Source of the DNA: Candidatus Omnitrophota bacterium
Lineage (GTDB): Bacteria > Omnitrophota > Gorgyraeia > 1-14-0-20-64-10
NCBI GenBank assembly: GCA_016177405.1
Contig: JACOVG010000003.1
Coordinates: 32,050 to 96,049, forward strand
Direction of reading: 5' to 3'
Length of the DNA: 64,000 nt
Made by a program: the position numbers and the translations under genes. Shown here in pieces: positions 62,601 through 64,000 of the stretch (its first letter is position 1; every line of letters begins with the position of its first letter). The notes under the pieces are model-generated. The model was given only the letters and a program-made list of their open reading frames with translations, had not been told where the DNA came from and ran no database searches.

Positions 62601-63564
62601 GCCGGTGGAAGAGATCGACACAAACGCAGGGATGCTCTTAGGTTTCCTGGAAGCAGGCAAAGAGCCTCGCGAATTTGTAAAGCAGGCGGCGGGAAAGACG
62701 ATCACTTCGAAGCTGGAAACCATCCTGGCGGCCGCCAAGCCGCGCTCAAAGGAGAGCCATTCCTTCAACGCCGTCATGGCGCACAAGGTCAACAATTTGC
62801 TTACTGGAATAGTCGGCTATGCCGATCTTTACTCCATAGCGAAGGATATCGAGGGTCGTAAGAAGAGGATGGAGCAGGTCAGAGATGGCCTCCGGGATCT
62901 AGCTAATTTCTTTACCGACGTTGGCAAAATGCCCGATGCGGAGCTTGTTAAACTGGCACAGGATGCTTTGGTGCTTAGCAGGGGAGGGATTCTCCAGACG
63001 GCCCAATCGTCTCCCGTTGTGCCGGCGCAGCCTCCCGCGACGGGCTTGGAGGAGATGACAGCGGAGAAACGAGTGACGGGATGGTACGAGGGGCTGACCA
63101 AAGAAGGGACAGGACAGGTGGCCGACGAGAAGCTCATGCTTCACTTGATGCCTGGTGAGGAATCGTTCGTGGTGGAGGTAAAAGACCAGCCGCCGGTTAC
63201 GGTGATCTATCGCGAGAAGGGGATGGAACTGCAGGCAGAGTTAGTGGATACGGTTGGAGGGGAGAACATTCGGGATTTGCCAGAAGGACCAGCCGATGTG
63301 GAGCTCCTTCTTCGCAAGGCCGATCCCCATGCCATTGTCCTTCTGAAGCCTGATTCAAGAATAACTGTTCCATCGGATGTGAAGATTCCGGTTCTCATTC
63401 TCCCGGCGGCGAAAGCGGCAGAGTTGACTGCCCATGAATTGAGCGCCATCGCGGCCGAAATTCATCGAAACGCCGGGTTCCACGGATACCTCTACCGGGT
63501 GAGCGACATCACCCGCGCTGGCCTCGAGGAAAACAAGTCCGCCGTTGTCCTGCACATGGCCTAA
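56686..63564 (+). CDS. large secreted multi-module protein punctuated by (A/S/T)G(L/M)EE motifs; true start likely ATG 56716, 56731 or 56746
   Basis: 6.9-kb open frame; signal peptide RRFLALWLILGLALPNSASA; ten GLEE-type motifs; AroE-like, HEAT, P-loop/HPrK-like and HisKA-like segments. Confidence 0.85.
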   Translation: MISRPLQGNLMVDIPMTDNPMAPGKFFILRRFLALWLILGLALPNSASALRPQNAGMEEGSATNSQLERVLRGTSVLPAVSPGAGLEEGRASRATSLRAFLNQHFKTDDKRDLVYRMRALLEHSSEATDYQSFLKDLAGIAIVLGHGSSLDPASIEFSNDFERWLNSLDEQRRNPGEEDSYGVWERDSLRFLQALGPTLEIFAKGEGSQRADFASVASQFKLSEEELQELVNRVQAAIRYDAAKPDAGLEEELLKLAKELEGRLLEQVEKEPKLEGLRENLKEWGINLKDTTVLLGIHLGANVLGSSSPPMLNHLLNEFGPVRKALGDRKIVHLPFNVPGTPNPSDPLSDIQKILPAILKNPRFALATFTEPHKGVPVQLDWVNEREEETGSNPSVTFVLLERDPKGQVKTVGMNGDGPAFLIEVERAWGPQGGQQGGVAGKNVVLGAGGLGISLVSTMLNLPPADRPARIVLTEVPGKLAKAKETLEELLSAPELKLSDAQKAQVILLSATDPNVTLEIKQADWLVDATGLGTDPLKPEETPLPDPSVFSQMKPDANILQAPYRDKEGRPVLTRLIRDAYSQGIPTHRLHNGLRLAARSAALEVAWLVKRLTGKEIDVEMLYQETCRYIHDDLGMREAKELLRSLPSHQAGLEEGWPGRVAYKLLGLVVEDPHAWVKGLRRQHLERQLKHRDPTVRRDAASALGEMKDLRTIPALIKALKNPDPFVRRIAANVLKKMHRDPQVGSALLIEALKDPDPDIRKGIAFVLGSIIRDRQSIPTLIKVLKEDGDSGVRESAAYALLEITGVRVLHYAYNPYSAGSKTVVSQAPPKYPEAVTLLQSAARETQDPAVRFTISWILEQFQPNGLKQGAKLITDVLSNAQKERFENLPGVSVRDHSWMKRKVNQIVFPPFGDWAPLQELLKTSGINPYATRLQLTSSAWLEGDRVKYGTILVLLARATPVLWHASYFRADVRAHDIPPIVGPVLAGATGGPRVYRTDRLIGHLGHFEEMKAFFLLDWAQSQLQRRQAGKEPLIPFEKEAADLYQILPGVLQGVFLGKRISRQGVDQFIKIGERYKIPPLNNEDLKALNQLFVGKDSLSLEDILQPVWRLSKPNEHDRFEPDAEENARAWMALLVLEAMKVRYPDLQKKAADQLEEILGKLLILYLHSSTSPSALPQAPGTPAGLEEGKIDPAVRGALRDAFAGEEMDVSARANILGDQFLSLEPTQKKELLSWLILLGYSKPEASEVFAEMLINPSSPQLPEAILEVILSDISDSMLVAAAQPSGKAFETTLPYHVGDLVYAIHPDEKREAAEKVMLLEMTRKSKKKDSRFYVLGSHILLNRLSHLHTVETSRRQWFDQAIYVLPGLLSEAILQWRGQLYLMATESYRSYLHSGVPLLPHMQIFSILSMLESTLLQHQSFLEAGRLSLDLSVDPETRALSVRLIEEKREALKTDFSRMDGYFSTLAEEVETYLTQNLKNRGSIHLKRELLGFLVRMDERYIDLLRAVGKSPEGISPFQERISQRQAEIEQIDQKVLQVLGLAAGLEEVEPNETLLIRWLNMHEALLNEKSNNKDSLSQANELQAQLFARTTSLEAGMGLLRYIHNHLLLGNFLLMNNYRQRQAIGDRLVDVVLQIAENHKNDIPLLEQAEVVSKALQVTLWSGQSIHIRAMTTRMVIQTLLKNARETEQEPPPDAGLEEWGADVWDRLYEIAEVPAVKQLLKSILYPIPWEEGYIQIEAADSDITENWGKIVEALSDSKDLQETASVFQTKVFKPYQIYGTLLYDNDKEEGVLFIGGSGIGKTGLAVSVLDFPKRGGRPQTDRWDVMGDDTLIGFMDEGKLYVGHNPSADVNHLNYANGYVLGQWDFSEGFVPVGRVFIMTESNDKGDKQSVGDFVLDLMSTKEEKAFLPPDMLQALNTLPSTRLPVPDQADLQWYKEHAKPIVEASGLEEGDAKELRASLLALWEEIRGPVEEIDTNAGMLLGFLEAGKEPREFVKQAAGKTITSKLETILAAAKPRSKESHSFNAVMAHKVNNLLTGIVGYADLYSIAKDIEGRKKRMEQVRDGLRDLANFFTDVGKMPDAELVKLAQDALVLSRGGILQTAQSSPVVPAQPPATGLEEMTAEKRVTGWYEGLTKEGTGQVADEKLMLHLMPGEESFVVEVKDQPPVTVIYREKGMELQAELVDTVGGENIRDLPEGPADVELLLRKADPHAIVLLKPDSRITVPSDVKIPVLILPAAKAAELTAHELSAIAAEIHRNAGFHGYLYRVSDITRAGLEENKSAVVLHMA
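56848..63531 (+). repeat. dispersed in-frame 15-bp repeat encoding (A/S/T)G(L/M)EE, 10 copies
   Basis: Copies start at 56848, 56935, 57424, 58636, 60235, 61318, 61774, 62530, 63040, 63517; consensus GCYGGGCTGGAGGAG. Confidence 0.9.
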
Positions 63565-63589
63565 AAGGCCAACCCTTCGCACGGTGATT

Positions 63590-63624
63590 AAGGGGTGCCA
63601 GGTTAAAACCTGGCACCCCTTTCT
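63590..63624 (+). terminator. perfect 15-bp inverted repeat after the large ORF (terminator or REP-like)
   Basis: AAGGGGTGCCAGGTT-AA-AACCTGGCACCCCTT, followed by a short pyrimidine tail. Confidence 0.65.
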
Positions 63625-63675
63625 GCTTAGAAAAATGGTTGCAAGTTTAGATTTTCGTGATAGACTCTACCCAAA

Positions 63676-64000
63676 ATGCCTATGCCTAAGTTGAGCATCA
63701 GGAGCATGGTTTTGATCGGGGCGCTCGGGGTGATGACGATCGCCTCGGTTCAACTTTGGGTGGGCCGGAATTCCGAGAAGGCCAAGAGGATCTGGGCCGA
63801 GGATCAGCTTCGCAAGATCACGGCGGCCAAGGAGGAGCTCGAGGAAGAGAAGGAAGAGCTCACCAAGGCCAAGGAGGCGCTCGCGGCCCAGGTCGGCGAC
63901 TTGACGAGCCAGGCCAAGGCGATCTCCGATCAATTGGCCTCCGAGAAGCGGGCCCGCGAATCCCTCACCTCCGAGCTGGCCAAGGTCCGGGACGAGGCGG
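63676..64000 (+). CDS. membrane-anchored coiled-coil protein, 3'-truncated by window edge
   Basis: Own translation MPMPKLSIRSMVLIGALGVMTIASVQLWVGRNSEKAKRIWAEDQLRKITAAKEELEEEKEEL...; upstream TTGCAA...TAGACT promoter-like elements. Confidence 0.75.
   Translation, partial: MPMPKLSIRSMVLIGALGVMTIASVQLWVGRNSEKAKRIWAEDQLRKITAAKEELEEEKEELTKAKEALAAQVGDLTSQAKAISDQLASEKRARESLTSELAKVRDEA

Noticed and set aside
56935-63054. GGAGG within the GLEE repeat as internal ribosome-binding sites, or GCTGGAGG as a Chi-like site
   Set aside because: Most copies have no start codon at a suitable spacing. The one-base similarity to E. coli Chi (GCTGGTGG) is uninformative because Chi sequences are lineage-specific.
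56686-63564. Classical integron cassette array or CRISPR interpretation of the repeats
   Set aside because: No integrase or cas gene and no attC-like palindromes; spacing is irregular (87-1599 bp) and the frame is continuous.

Overview
A GC-rich bacterial chromosome segment in which every supported protein-coding gene lies on the + strand. Gene content and order suggest a diderm PVC-superphylum lineage such as Candidatus Omnitrophota (inference, not verified). Bases 1-56,666 are mostly housekeeping: guaA (partial), dnaE, HU/IHF, hisS, aspS, phoH-HD-ybeY-dgkA, recO, glyQS, ppdK, a second sigma-70, apt, an outer-membrane beta-barrel, rsmE, cvpA-dnaG-rpoD, rnhA, the dcw cluster (mraZ to ftsA, with no ftsZ), and yggS-proC-yggT-PNP-ileS-dksA-lspA-lgt-rluD. 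Non-coding features are three tRNAs, RNase P RNA and a c-di-GMP-I riboswitch. The stand-out feature is a 2,292-codon ORF (56,686-63,564). It has a signal peptide and is punctuated by ten copies of an (A/S/T)G(L/M)EE motif that is also conserved at the DNA level (GGGCTGGAGGAG in six copies). The motifs separate unrelated, compositionally distinct modules: shikimate-dehydrogenase-like, HEAT-repeat, HPr-kinase-like P-loop, HisKA-like and unknown. This makes it a candidate secreted, cassette-built polyprotein. Other notable observations are a 20-bp palindromic mini-repeat in three RNase P helices and in the riboswitch, a structured leader plus terminator ahead of mraZ, an FtsA with degenerate ATP-binding motifs and no adjacent ftsZ, and two genes (hisS, yggS) whose conserved N-termini lack an ATG/GTG/TTG start. 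All calls come from manual motif reading; no database searches or folding programs were run.
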